DNA from: an uncultured Gammaproteobacteria bacterium
Lineage (GTDB): Bacteria > Patescibacteriota > Microgenomatia > Levybacterales > GWA1-39-11
Reading direction: 5' to 3'
DNA: 64,000 nucleotides
Assembly (NCBI GenBank): GCA_964448725.1
Contig: CAYVAJ010000002.1
Location: 66,587-130,586 of the forward strand
Below are positions 10,089-18,574 of the stretch, in pieces; the first letter of the stretch is position 1; every line of letters begins with the position of its first letter. The notes under the pieces are model-generated. The model was not told where the DNA came from. It worked only from the letters and a program-made list of their open reading frames with translations, and made no database searches. A program made the position numbers and the translations under genes.

Positions 10089-12488
10089 ATGAATCTGTCT
10101 AATAAATCCAAAACAAAATTAATTCCTGTAATCCCAATTCGAGACGGCATTGTTTTTCCTCATACAGAAAGTATTCTAACTTTTGGTCGTCCAAAAAGTT
10201 TGGCAGCACTTGAGTCAGCATTCTCTGGTGAGCGTGTTGTCTGTTTTGTTCTACAACGTAATCCTCGTCAAAATGATCCAAATCCTGAAGACCTCTATAG
10301 TATGGGTACTGTCTCACACATTGAACGCATGATTCGTTCTGACGGGGAAGTAAATGCATTAGTCCGCGGACTTACCCGTTCAAAAATTATTTCTTATGAA
10401 GATAAAGGTAACTATTTCCTTGCAGAAATTGAAGAAATAGATGAAGATGATACTGCAAATGCTGAAATTAAAGCACTTACCAATCATTTAATTAGTGAGT
10501 TTAAAAAAGCGCTCAATTATGGCAAACAAGCAGACTTTCTGGTGTTTATGAATATTATGTCTGAGATTACTGCCGGAGAACTTGCTGATCAAATTGCCTC
10601 AACACTTGATATCAAAGGAAGTGAACGTCAGGAAATTTTAGAAACAATCGATGTAAAGAAACGGCTTGAGAAAGTATCAGAATTCCTCTCAAGAGAAGTA
10701 AAGGTGCTTGAGCTCGAGCGGAAAATTGCCTCTAAAACACAAGAACAATTTGAAAAGAATGCAAAAGAAGCGATTCTGCGAGAAAGACTTAAGACAATAG
10801 AAAAAGAGCTTGGTGAATCAGATGAGGGTGGAGAAGTTCGTGAGTTACTTGACAAAATTCGCAAAGCAGGAATGCCAAAAGATGTCGAAGAAAAAGCTCG
10901 CAAAGAACTGCGTAAATTACAACAGACAACCCCATACAATCCTGAAGCAGGATATATTCGTAATTATCTTGAATGGTTAGTCGCACTGCCATGGAGTAAA
11001 AAGACAAAAAGTACTCTTGATATGAAAAAAGCAGAAGAAGTACTGAATGAGGAACATTATGGCCTTGAAAAAGTAAAAGAGCGAATTGTTGAGTATCTCG
11101 CTGTCCATAAACTGTCTGGAAAAATGAAAGGTCCGATTATCTGTTTTGTAGGGCCGCCAGGTGTAGGTAAAACATCTATTTGTAAATCAATTGCAAAATC
11201 ACTGAATCGTAAATTTGTAAAGCTCTCGCTTGGAGGTATCAGAGATGAAGCAGAGATTCGTGGACATAGACGTACGTACGTTGGTGCATTACCAGGACGA
11301 ATTATCCAGGGTATTAAAGATGCAGGCACAAAAAATCCAGTGTTCATGCTTGATGAAATCGATAAAGTTGGCAGTGACTTTAGAGGTGATCCTACGGCAG
11401 CACTTCTTGAAGCGCTTGATCCAGAACAAAACGACAAATTTGGTGATCACTATCTAGATGTAGATTTTGATCTTTCAGATGTAATGTTTATCACCACAGC
11501 TAACATGTTGGATACTATACCACCTGCGCTTCGTGACAGACTTGAGATTATTCGGTTTGCTGGATACACAGAAGATGAGAAGTTCCACATTGCTAAAAAT
11601 TTCTTAGTTAAAAAACAGCGTGAGGCACACGGTCTGAAAGCAGAAGATGTAAAAATGACTGATGATGCACTCAGATATATCATCAGACGGTATACTCGTG
11701 AAGCAGGTGTTCGAAGTCTCGAACGTGAAATTGCAGCAGTGATGCGAAAGGTAGCAAAAGGAGTTGCTGCAGGAAAGAAAGCAAAAGTAGAAGTAACACA
11801 AAGAATTGTAACTAAATATCTGGGTCCTGCAAAATTTGCTTCAACGATTGCTGAGAAGAAAAATGAAGTGGGTATTTCAACAGGACTTGCCTATACTGAG
11901 GTTGGAGGAGATATTCTCTTTATTGAGATTGCGCTCATGCCGGGTAAAGGTAGACTTACTCTTACTGGAAAACTTGGTGATGTCATGAAAGAATCAGCAC
12001 AAGCTGCACTATCTTATATCAGGTCTCGGGCAAAGAAACTTGGACTGGCAGAAGATTTCTATGACAAAATTGATATCCATATCCATGTACCTGAGGGTGC
12101 AGTACCAAAAGATGGACCATCAGCAGGAACAGCAATTACAACTGCTATTGTCTCAGCACTCACCAAAATTCCGACTAACCATTTAGTAGGTATGACAGGT
12201 GAAGTAACTCTGCGCGGACGAGTGCTTGAGATTGGTGGAGTCAAAGAAAAGGTAATTGCAGCACATCGCGCTGGACTAAAGACAATAATCATGCCAAAAG
12301 AGAACAGAAAAGATCTTGAAGATGTACCGAAAGAAGTGATTAAGGACTTACGATTTGTATTCGTTAATCATATGGATGATGTATTAAAGGTAGCACTTAC
12401 CAAACCATTACCGGGATTTAAAGAATTAAAGGGTGAAAAGGAAATGAAAAAAAATCTGACATTACTTCGACCCACTCCAGCTGAATAG
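10089..12488 (+). CDS. lon: ATP-dependent Lon protease (endopeptidase La)
   Basis: Lon N-domain; AAA+ Walker [10 protein letters not shown]; protease Ser-Lys dyad region [10 protein letters not shown]; 799 aa. Confidence 0.95.
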   Translation: MNLSNKSKTKLIPVIPIRDGIVFPHTESILTFGRPKSLAALESAFSGERVVCFVLQRNPRQNDPNPEDLYSMGTVSHIERMIRSDGEVNALVRGLTRSKIISYEDKGNYFLAEIEEIDEDDTANAEIKALTNHLISEFKKALNYGKQADFLVFMNIMSEITAGELADQIASTLDIKGSERQEILETIDVKKRLEKVSEFLSREVKVLELERKIASKTQEQFEKNAKEAILRERLKTIEKELGESDEGGEVRELLDKIRKAGMPKDVEEKARKELRKLQQTTPYNPEAGYIRNYLEWLVALPWSKKTKSTLDMKKAEEVLNEEHYGLEKVKERIVEYLAVHKLSGKMKGPIICFVGPPGVGKTSICKSIAKSLNRKFVKLSLGGIRDEAEIRGHRRTYVGALPGRIIQGIKDAGTKNPVFMLDEIDKVGSDFRGDPTAALLEALDPEQNDKFGDHYLDVDFDLSDVMFITTANMLDTIPPALRDRLEIIRFAGYTEDEKFHIAKNFLVKKQREAHGLKAEDVKMTDDALRYIIRRYTREAGVRSLEREIAAVMRKVAKGVAAGKKAKVEVTQRIVTKYLGPAKFASTIAEKKNEVGISTGLAYTEVGGDILFIEIALMPGKGRLTLTGKLGDVMKESAQAALSYIRSRAKKLGLAEDFYDKIDIHIHVPEGAVPKDGPSAGTAITTAIVSALTKIPTNHLVGMTGEVTLRGRVLEIGGVKEKVIAAHRAGLKTIIMPKENRKDLEDVPKEVIKDLRFVFVNHMDDVLKVALTKPLPGFKELKGEKEMKKNLTLLRPTPAE

Positions 12489-12613
12489 CCTGTAATAAAC
12501 TGTTTTATTTGCATCTTTTGTAAGAAAATGCCTGAGAACATCTCGATTATTGTCTATAATGGTTCTCCAGAAAGTAAGTGAATTTTACATAATAATTTAG
12601 TACCTATAGTATA

Positions 12614-12642
12614 TTGACAGAATTAAAATTTCTGGGTATACT
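12614..12642 (+). promoter_or_regulatory. near-consensus sigma70 promoter (TTGACA-17-TATACT), here called P3
   Basis: TTGACA 12614-12619; 17-nt spacer; TATACT 12637-12642. Confidence 0.55.
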
Positions 12643-12646
12643 GAGA

Positions 12647-12703
12647 AGCAACCATATTAAGAACTGGCGAAAGTCAACTTCTTGAGACCGGTTGCTTTTT
12701 TTG
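12647..12703 (+). terminator. stem (AGCAACC/GGTTGCT) plus U7 tract; closes a roughly 55-nt transcript from P3 (candidate sRNA or attenuator)
   Basis: inverted repeat 12647-12653/12690-12696 followed by TTTTTTT at 12696-12703; internal sub-hairpins. Confidence 0.45.
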
Positions 12704-13162
12704 TACCTAAAAATCAGTCTTTTTAGACAGTTCTTTAACAAGATGTTTTATTCAGAAATTATTTTTAAGTAAAGACTGTGAAGAGAGGGCTGATTTTCTT
12801 CAGTGTTCCCTTCGCAGTCTTTGCTTACCGGCTGTGCCGGATGACGGAGGCAAAGTGGAATTGAGAGGAACAATCTTCTATTCGTAACCTTGGGACGTCA
12901 TCCCATAACAACCATTCGATTTCATTGAAAGGTACGGTCATGTTGCTCCCCGACTTTCTCCCCGACGATGTTTACGTAGACCTCATCATTGTGATGAGGT
13001 ACAACGAGATTCTTAAGGAGAAATTTCGGATGGCTGCACGCCGTGCAGTCAATAGAAAATATGAAAGTTTCGCATAGCTGACGTTTCGCTTTTCGTGAAA
13101 GGAGGCGCCTATACGCCTTTCTGTTCTTCAGTGGGGACATCGATTCATTGGAAGGGATCATC

Positions 13163-13468
13163 ATGGACACTGAAAAAAATAGTGCTTACTCCTCCTACAT
13201 GAGAAAGGAGATGGCGTGGTGGTACGAAAAGCTGTCCTCGCTTGAAGAGGAAGTTTTTCATGCACTGCTGCGCGTCTTGCAGACACCCTGCCGGGTGTTC
13301 TCAGAATGGGAAGAGGAAGCTCTTGCCCGTGAGGGGATCTGTGGACCATCTGGGCCTTGCGGATGCGGGACATACACCCGCAGAATGTTTTACCACTCGG
13401 TAGATGCCCTTCGGGCAGTCCTGCCGAGCTTCCACCGCAACAACTTCACAATCAGGTACGCCGCCTGA
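13163..13468 (+). CDS. hypothetical small protein (101 aa) in the GC-rich island
   Basis: RBS GGAAGGG 6 nt upstream of ATG 13163; Cys/Gly-rich segment EGICGPSGPCGCGTYTRR; overlapping antisense ORFs make coding status uncertain. Confidence 0.3.
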   Translation: MDTEKNSAYSSYMRKEMAWWYEKLSSLEEEVFHALLRVLQTPCRVFSEWEEEALAREGICGPSGPCGCGTYTRRMFYHSVDALRAVLPSFHRNNFTIRYAA

Positions 13469-13610
13469 TACACAACTGAATAAAATATTTAACAGCCAAT
13501 GGCTGTACATCGTGCAATAGCACGAAAATGAGCACGGGGTTATCAGGTGACAAGGTATGCTTTGCTGCATAAATGGCTTGTCTCCCGACGACTTTTACTG
13601 CTCATTATTG

Positions 13611-13641
13611 CCGGGCGGGGACACACTACTTCCCCGCTCGG
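13611..13641 (+). repeat. 11-bp-stem hairpin, copy 1 (CCGGGCGGGGA-N9-TCCCCGCTCGG)
   Basis: near-perfect inverted repeat; a second copy lies at 14292-14318. Confidence 0.7.
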
Positions 13642-13688
13642 ATACGCTCATTTCCTACAGTAGATCATTCTCATTTTTTTATTCATTA

Positions 13689-13717
13689 TTGACTCTCTTT
13701 TTGCAAGCAATTATACT
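13689..13717 (+). promoter_or_regulatory. near-consensus sigma70 promoter P1 (TTGACT-17-TATACT)
   Basis: TTGACT 13689-13694; 17-nt spacer; TATACT 13712-13717; lies within a repeat shared with 14360-14388. Confidence 0.55.
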
Positions 13718-13918
13718 GGTGAACAACCATGTAATTGGTTAAAAGCACCTTAAAGTTGAAGTGGTATTATTTCCATAAAATCCTTTAATTATATTCAGAA
13801 TTGCTCATGAGAGGAGAGTGTATAACTCTTTTGTGGTGAGCAATTCTGTTCGTTTAGAGAAAGGAGTTTATATTCGCGGTTTCTGTAGCGGTAGTGGGAT
13901 TACGAAAGGATCTCGATA

Positions 13919-14203
13919 ATGCAGGAGTCTGTTGTTGCAGACGAAGAGACTCAGGTGGGCTTAGTACTTGTCGTTCCTGCTCTGGTGTACGGACATGGTC
14001 GGCATGTAGAGTCAGTTGATGGCTTTGCCCGCCACAAAGACTGTCGTATTGTTCCTATTCCGACAGATCCGAAGAACGTGATCGTTCACTTGGGTCCTTC
14101 TTGGAGGTGTAAAACCTCTGATGGGATTACTTATATCTCTAACAACGATGGGCTCGTGTGCTACTACTGTGGGGAGTCACCTCGCGCCATCTTCTTTCTG
14201 TAG
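13919..14203 (+). CDS. hypothetical small protein (94 aa)
   Basis: AAAGGA 8 nt upstream of ATG; downstream of P1 after a roughly 200-nt hairpin-rich leader. Confidence 0.3.
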   Translation: MQESVVADEETQVGLVLVVPALVYGHGRHVESVDGFARHKDCRIVPIPTDPKNVIVHLGPSWRCKTSDGITYISNNDGLVCYYCGESPRAIFFL

Positions 14204-14291
14204 CACAAGATGAGCACCGGGTAGTCTTGGGAAGAGTAGTGCGCTGAAAGCACAATATCTCGTCTCCTGATAACTTGTACGCTCATCATAC

Positions 14292-14318
14292 CCGAGCGGG
14301 GACTCACTCCCCGCTCGG
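14292..14318 (+). repeat. 11-bp-stem hairpin, copy 2 (CCGAGCGGGGA-CTCAC-TCCCCGCTCGG)
   Basis: perfect 11-bp inverted repeat with the same 3' arm as copy 1. Confidence 0.7.
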
Positions 14319-14359
14319 TATACACATTTCAATATATTTTATAACTGCTTGCTGCGTTA

Positions 14360-14388
14360 TTGACTCTCACATATATTGTCTTTATACT
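14360..14388 (+). promoter_or_regulatory. near-consensus sigma70 promoter P2 (TTGACT-17-TATACT)
   Basis: TTGACT 14360-14365; 17-nt spacer; TATACT 14383-14388; flanking TTATTGACTCTC identical to P1. Confidence 0.55.
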
Positions 14389-14557
14389 TGTCCTCAATTG
14401 GGTCAGAATTTTAGCGTAATAAAGATTGCTTGGTTCTGATTTTATTTTAATTTGTACATTAACAGCTATTTGGAAATGTAATATTTCACAGAATCGCCGT
14501 GAGAGCAGAGTAGTAATACTCTTTTCTTCCGGCGGTTTTGTAAAGAAAGGGGGTACT

Positions 14558-14875
14558 GTGTATCGCTTTGGCATTATTGTCATGATCATGTGTCTTGTGA
14601 TTGCACCACTCATTGTGGCGCATGATGCTGTTGTCGTACTAGCTGTGTTGCTAAGCATGAACCTTCTCTGGCTTGCAGGATTTTTTCAGTCTGCAAAGCG
14701 CACTGCTTCTCGTGCACACCTTGAACAGATATACCAAACATTGGGTGTGCTTACCGGTCCTTGGTATGCAACCAAGTATACTTACGTCCAGATCAAGAGT
14801 CAGAATCATGAGGCAACAAAACCTTTGAGAAAGGAGTATGCCGTATGGCAGTCCAGAAGGTTTAGAACGGTGTAA
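14558..14875 (+). CDS. small membrane protein (about 105 aa, GTG start)
   Basis: RBS AAGGGGG 4-5 nt upstream of in-frame GTG 14558; two hydrophobic helices (FGIIVMIMCLVIAPLIV / AVVVLAVLLSMNLLWLAGFF); the track ORF starts further upstream at 14426. Confidence 0.4.
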   Translation: MYRFGIIVMIMCLVIAPLIVAHDAVVVLAVLLSMNLLWLAGFFQSAKRTASRAHLEQIYQTLGVLTGPWYATKYTYVQIKSQNHEATKPLRKEYAVWQSRRFRTV

Positions 14876-15397
14876 GCCGTTTTGTAGCTTTACTCGAATT
14901 ATTGAAGGGATAACTCATGACAAATCGGAGTAAGGGTGGATATCCAGAAAAGTCTTCTGTTCCGAATGCGCCTCGCAAACTTGTGATCGCAATTCGCGAA
15001 TACCGGAATCGAAGACAGAAGATCAATACTAACCGTAAGGATATGCGTTCAAAGAAGAATCCACTCCTTACCTAGTTCCAGATAGACACTGCGTTGGAGG
15101 ACATGGTAATCACTATGACAGCTGTACAATCGAAATCAATCGCTGAGGTTGATACGCGATCTGCAGTTTTCCTCCAACGCAGATCACATTTTTGATTTCA
15201 ACCTCTTATTTAGGTATAATTCTAGAGCCTTAAGGCGGTTTATGGTTAGTGGATTATGGTCATTAGGCAGTAAATATCTCTTTATTAATAATTCGTAAAC
15301 CATGAATCATTGACGGCCCCATCGTTTCCGATGATGGTATCATTCGGAATCCCGATGGAAACTACCATCGGGGCTAGAGGCTATATATAATACGTAT

Positions 15398-15652
15398 ATG
15401 TACTGTATGTACATTTTACAGAGAGAGGTTGATAATTCCTTTTATATAGGAAGCACGGACAATATTGATAAGAGGATTGATAAGCATAATAAAGGGTATT
15501 CAAGGTACACGAAGAGTAAAAGACCTTGGAAATTAGTGTATAACGAAATTTATAATACTCTTTCAGAGGCAAGAAAACGCGAATATTATTTAAAGTCACT
15601 TAAGAGCAGAACTGCAATAGAAAAGTTAATTAAAATTGGCCCCATCGTCTAG
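15398..15652 (+). CDS. GIY-YIG nuclease-domain protein (YhbQ/UPF0213-like)
   Basis: YILQREVDNSFYIGSTDNIDKRIDKHNKG ... YYLKSL matches the single-domain GIY-YIG family; 3' end overlaps the start of tRNA-Glu by 15 nt. Confidence 0.7.
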   Translation: MYCMYILQREVDNSFYIGSTDNIDKRIDKHNKGYSRYTKSKRPWKLVYNEIYNTLSEARKREYYLKSLKSRTAIEKLIKIGPIV

Positions 15653-15710
15653 AGGCCTAGGACATCAGGTTCTCATCCTGAAAACCGGGATTCGAATTCC
15701 CGTGGGGTCA
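15638..15710 (+). tRNA. tRNA-Glu (anticodon CUC), no encoded CCA
   Basis: hand-folded: acceptor GGCCCCA/TGGGGTC; D-stem GTCT/GGAC; anticodon stem TCAGG/CCTGA with loop TTCTCAT; T-stem CGGGA/TCCCG with loop TTCGAAT; discriminator A. Confidence 0.8.
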
Positions 15711-17160
15711 CTAAAGTTGTTTTATTGCCTGCAAAATCACCGATTAGATTGAAAGGAAGCCCTAAAGTAGCGGTTCCAAATCCTTCGTTGCTAACAGGCA
15801 TGCCACTTGGAAATAACAATGACTGGAACCTTTGTTTGTTCTCCAAATTAGACTCAAACCACAGTGATGCTACATTATCAAAGAGTGTTTCTACTAAAGA
15901 TATTAAGTGGTCTATATTTGTCTCACTCTCTCTGTAGTCTCCACGTTCAATTTCTTTTACAGTAATATTATCGTTTAATTGTTTAACCTGTGATTTATAA
16001 TCCTCATCTGAAACAATACCGTCAAGGTTTTTCTTAAGCAGTTTATCTTTCATATTTTTAAAGTGCATGATTTCTAAATCTATATTTCTAAGAGCTGTCT
16101 CTGCTTCAAGATGTTTCCTCTTCCATACATCACGTACTATTAATTGAAACAGCTTTGAGAGCTCCTGATTTGGCTGTATTGTTTTTATATACTCATAAAA
16201 TAAATTATCTAACTGCTCTTGTCTTACCCTGACAGCTCCGCATATACAATGATAGTAAGAGTATTTTAGACGTCTTCCTTTTGATTTGCTTCCTGTTAGC
16301 CTCTTCCCACAATCTGAACACGTTAGCACGCTTTTAAGTGGAAAGGTGGGATTTTTACTAAAGTGTGGTATAGCTGCTGTAACCGACTTTCCCAAACGTA
16401 TATTGTTTACTGTGTAGAATAATTCTTTACTAACTAATGGCTCGTGGGCTCCTACATGCTCTTCTCCCCACGCTTCAACTACTCCCATGTACAACTTGTT
16501 TGAAAAAATCTTTATCATTAGTTGTGGGGTTATACGTTTATTCTTCTCAGTTCTCAATCCCATCCTATTAAGTTTCTTGCTAATAGAAATGACTGAGTAT
16601 CCACCTTTGGCGTAAGTTTCAAATGCAGTCTTAATATAGGAAGCTCTAGTGTTATCAATAATTAACCCTGCAGGTGAATTTTTATAACCAATAGGAGCTT
16701 TCCAAGGCCAGTGTCCTTGTCGTGCCTTTTCTTTCATACCTTCCTTTGTCCTATCTGAACGAACATCATTGTCAAACTGTGCGATAGAAGAAAAAATGTT
16801 CTCCATTAACTTTCCCGCTGGAGTATCATCAATTTGTTCTGAAACAGACCGGAGTTTTACTCCCACTTTTAGTAATGCTGCTCTTACTGCGCTATGGTCT
16901 GCGGTATTTCTAGAGAACCTATCTAATTTATGGACTAATAAAATGTCTATCTTACCTCTATTTTCGTGACAAAATTTTAGAAGTTTTAGGAGCTGAGTTC
17001 TGTCTGCGGTTTTTGCTGACTCTCCTTGTTCTTGGAATACTTGAACAATATTCCAACCCATTCTCTCTGCGTATTCTTTACACAATTTTTCCTGGTACGT
17101 TAAGCTGTAACCCTCTATTTGTTCTTTTGTGCTGACTCTTGTGTAAAGAATGACATTCAT
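15673..17160 (-). CDS. large serine recombinase (resolvase/invertase catalytic domain, recombinase domain and zinc-ribbon)
   Basis: N-terminus MNVILYTRVSTKEQ with catalytic Ser; ...HKLDRFSRN...; C-terminal CxxC...C zinc-ribbon region; last 12 codons are antisense to the tRNA-Glu T-arm. Confidence 0.85.
   Translation of the reverse strand: MNVILYTRVSTKEQIEGYSLTYQEKLCKEYAERMGWNIVQVFQEQGESAKTADRTQLLKLLKFCHENRGKIDILLVHKLDRFSRNTADHSAVRAALLKVGVKLRSVSEQIDDTPAGKLMENIFSSIAQFDNDVRSDRTKEGMKEKARQGHWPWKAPIGYKNSPAGLIIDNTRASYIKTAFETYAKGGYSVISISKKLNRMGLRTEKNKRITPQLMIKIFSNKLYMGVVEAWGEEHVGAHEPLVSKELFYTVNNIRLGKSVTAAIPHFSKNPTFPLKSVLTCSDCGKRLTGSKSKGRRLKYSYYHCICGAVRVRQEQLDNLFYEYIKTIQPNQELSKLFQLIVRDVWKRKHLEAETALRNIDLEIMHFKNMKDKLLKKNLDGIVSDEDYKSQVKQLNDNITVKEIERGDYRESETNIDHLISLVETLFDNVASLWFESNLENKQRFQSLLFPSGMPVSNEGFGTATLGLPFNLIGDFAGNKTTLVTPREFESRFSG
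15695..15711 (+). repeat. attL-like 17-bp direct repeat (tRNA-Glu 3' end)
   Basis: exact copy of 21704-21720. Confidence 0.7.
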
Positions 17161-17169
17161 AGTATTTAC

Positions 17170-17379
17170 TTAATTCCCATTTTCGCTTTTTAGCTTCAAG
17201 GAGTCAATAACCCCACGTTGTTTTTTGGAACCGTAAGTGTCAATGTATATTTCTGCTAACACCTCCATGCTGTTAATCAGAGAGAGAAGCTCATCATCGG
17301 TAAACTTACTGGCACTCTTTCCTAATATTCTTTTAGCGGTTTTTAAGGTTACTGTTTTCATCCTGCCTATATTAGGCAT
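17170..17379 (-). CDS. hypothetical small protein (element cargo)
   Basis: ORF only. Confidence 0.35.
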   Translation of the reverse strand: MPNIGRMKTVTLKTAKRILGKSASKFTDDELLSLINSMEVLAEIYIDTYGSKKQRGVIDSLKLKSENGN

Positions 17380-17419
17380 ATAAGCTGGATATGGAGATTG
17401 TAATATTTGGGTCTAAAAA

Positions 17420-17851
17420 TTACTCAGTAAATGCCAGTTCTTTATCTTTCTCTTCCATAATTTTCAGTGCATCAGCCAGAATATCAGGCGATACATTGAA
17501 GGTGTTATTCTGTGTGGCTTTTACTAGAGGAGAAGCATCTGTGATACCATGAGAAGCCTTTAAGAGAAATGCTGCAAACCTCGCGTTATATTTGTTGCTA
17601 AGTCCCCCGGAGATGAGCAAGTGTCTTTGAGCGTCACGAAGCATCTCCATCGTCTGCATAAAATCAGAATGCTCCTTCTCCCACTCGTATAATACCCTTG
17701 TTCCTACCCCTAAATAAGACGCTAAATGCTCAATAGTGGGAAATTCATCATTTTGAAGACACTTCTTTGTGTAATGCATTACACGTTTCGGAGTCTCTTT
17801 TGTGTACTTTGTAGGTCTTCCTCTTTTGAGTGTAAATATCTGTTGCTCCAT
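17420..17851 (-). CDS. phage terminase small subunit-like HTH protein
   Basis: GRPTKYTKE...IEHLASYLGVGTRVLYEWEKEHSDF...N..F..FLLK pattern typical of TerS proteins of Firmicutes phages and PICIs. Confidence 0.6.
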   Translation of the reverse strand: MEQQIFTLKRGRPTKYTKETPKRVMHYTKKCLQNDEFPTIEHLASYLGVGTRVLYEWEKEHSDFMQTMEMLRDAQRHLLISGGLSNKYNARFAAFLLKASHGITDASPLVKATQNNTFNVSPDILADALKIMEEKDKELAFTE

Positions 17852-17902
17852 ACTAATATTATCTCACTAATGAAGCTACTTTGTAATGTGATTTCAGTCT
17901 AA

Positions 17903-18574
17903 ATGTACTATAATCCCATCAATGTGTCATATAAAGTAATTCTGGAAAATTCTATAAAAAGTATCTTTGATGACTTTGAGAAAATGGGAGGTCATATAAA
18001 AAACCCATCAATCATTGATAGATACTTAATTGCTGCAACTTATAAAGCTGCTAGACTAACTAACACTCTCATTTTGCTATGTGAGAACGGAAAATGTGAG
18101 GATGCATTAATAATTCTGCGGTCTTTAATAGAACATACTGTAAATATGCGGTGGATTACTACCAGAGATACTAAAACAAGGATAAAAATGTATGTTAATG
18201 ATATTAGCGATAAAGGATTTGGTGCTCAATGGACCGATGTAAATTTATATGACAGAATGAAACAAATTAGTTTTGAAGATAAGGACTATTTTGATTTTTG
18301 TGTAAAGCTAACCTACTCCTATGCCCATGTAAACGCATTGTCACTAAGATGGGGAGAAGTATATGATGACCCCAGGTTAAGAGACGATGATTGGCCTCCT
18401 GATGCAATCTATCAAGTTGCTGCTCAGATGACTGGACATGTAATGCTTGCTTTGAATAAAAACTACAAAGAATATTTTAAGGGTTATGATAGGCTATGGG
18501 AGAGCATTCCGGTTGATAAGGATATCAGAAAAAAATATGAGGAAGTTAAGGAGAAGTTGAAAAATGAACGATAA
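17903..18574 (+). CDS. hypothetical protein (helical; possible defence-associated partner of the downstream HNH gene)
   Basis: ORF overlaps the next gene by 11 nt (operon); no catalytic motif recognised. Confidence 0.4.
   Translation: MYYNPINVSYKVILENSIKSIFDDFEKMGGHIKNPSIIDRYLIAATYKAARLTNTLILLCENGKCEDALIILRSLIEHTVNMRWITTRDTKTRIKMYVNDISDKGFGAQWTDVNLYDRMKQISFEDKDYFDFCVKLTYSYAHVNALSLRWGEVYDDPRLRDDDWPPDAIYQVAAQMTGHVMLALNKNYKEYFKGYDRLWESIPVDKDIRKKYEEVKEKLKNER

Noticed and set aside
10099-12292. Several minus-strand ORFs (86-126 aa) within lon
   Set aside because: They are antisense to a gene with unambiguous Lon motifs. Their products are Ser/Arg-rich and come from the mirror frame.
12780-13150. 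Possible tmRNA, RNase P RNA, SRP RNA, rRNA fragment or group II intron in the structured GC-rich stretch
   Set aside because: No tRNA-like 3' end (GGTTCGA...CCA), no RNase P P4 motifs, no SRP GGAAGCAGCC-type motif, no rRNA universal sequences, no domain V consensus and no RT ORF were found. It is left as an unclassified structured region.
13161-13570. Minus-strand ORFs 13161-13373 and 13301-13570 in the GC-rich island
   Set aside because: They overlap each other and the + strand ORF. At this higher GC content long open frames arise by chance on both strands. Only + strand ORFs with ribosome-binding sites downstream of the mapped promoters were kept, at low confidence.
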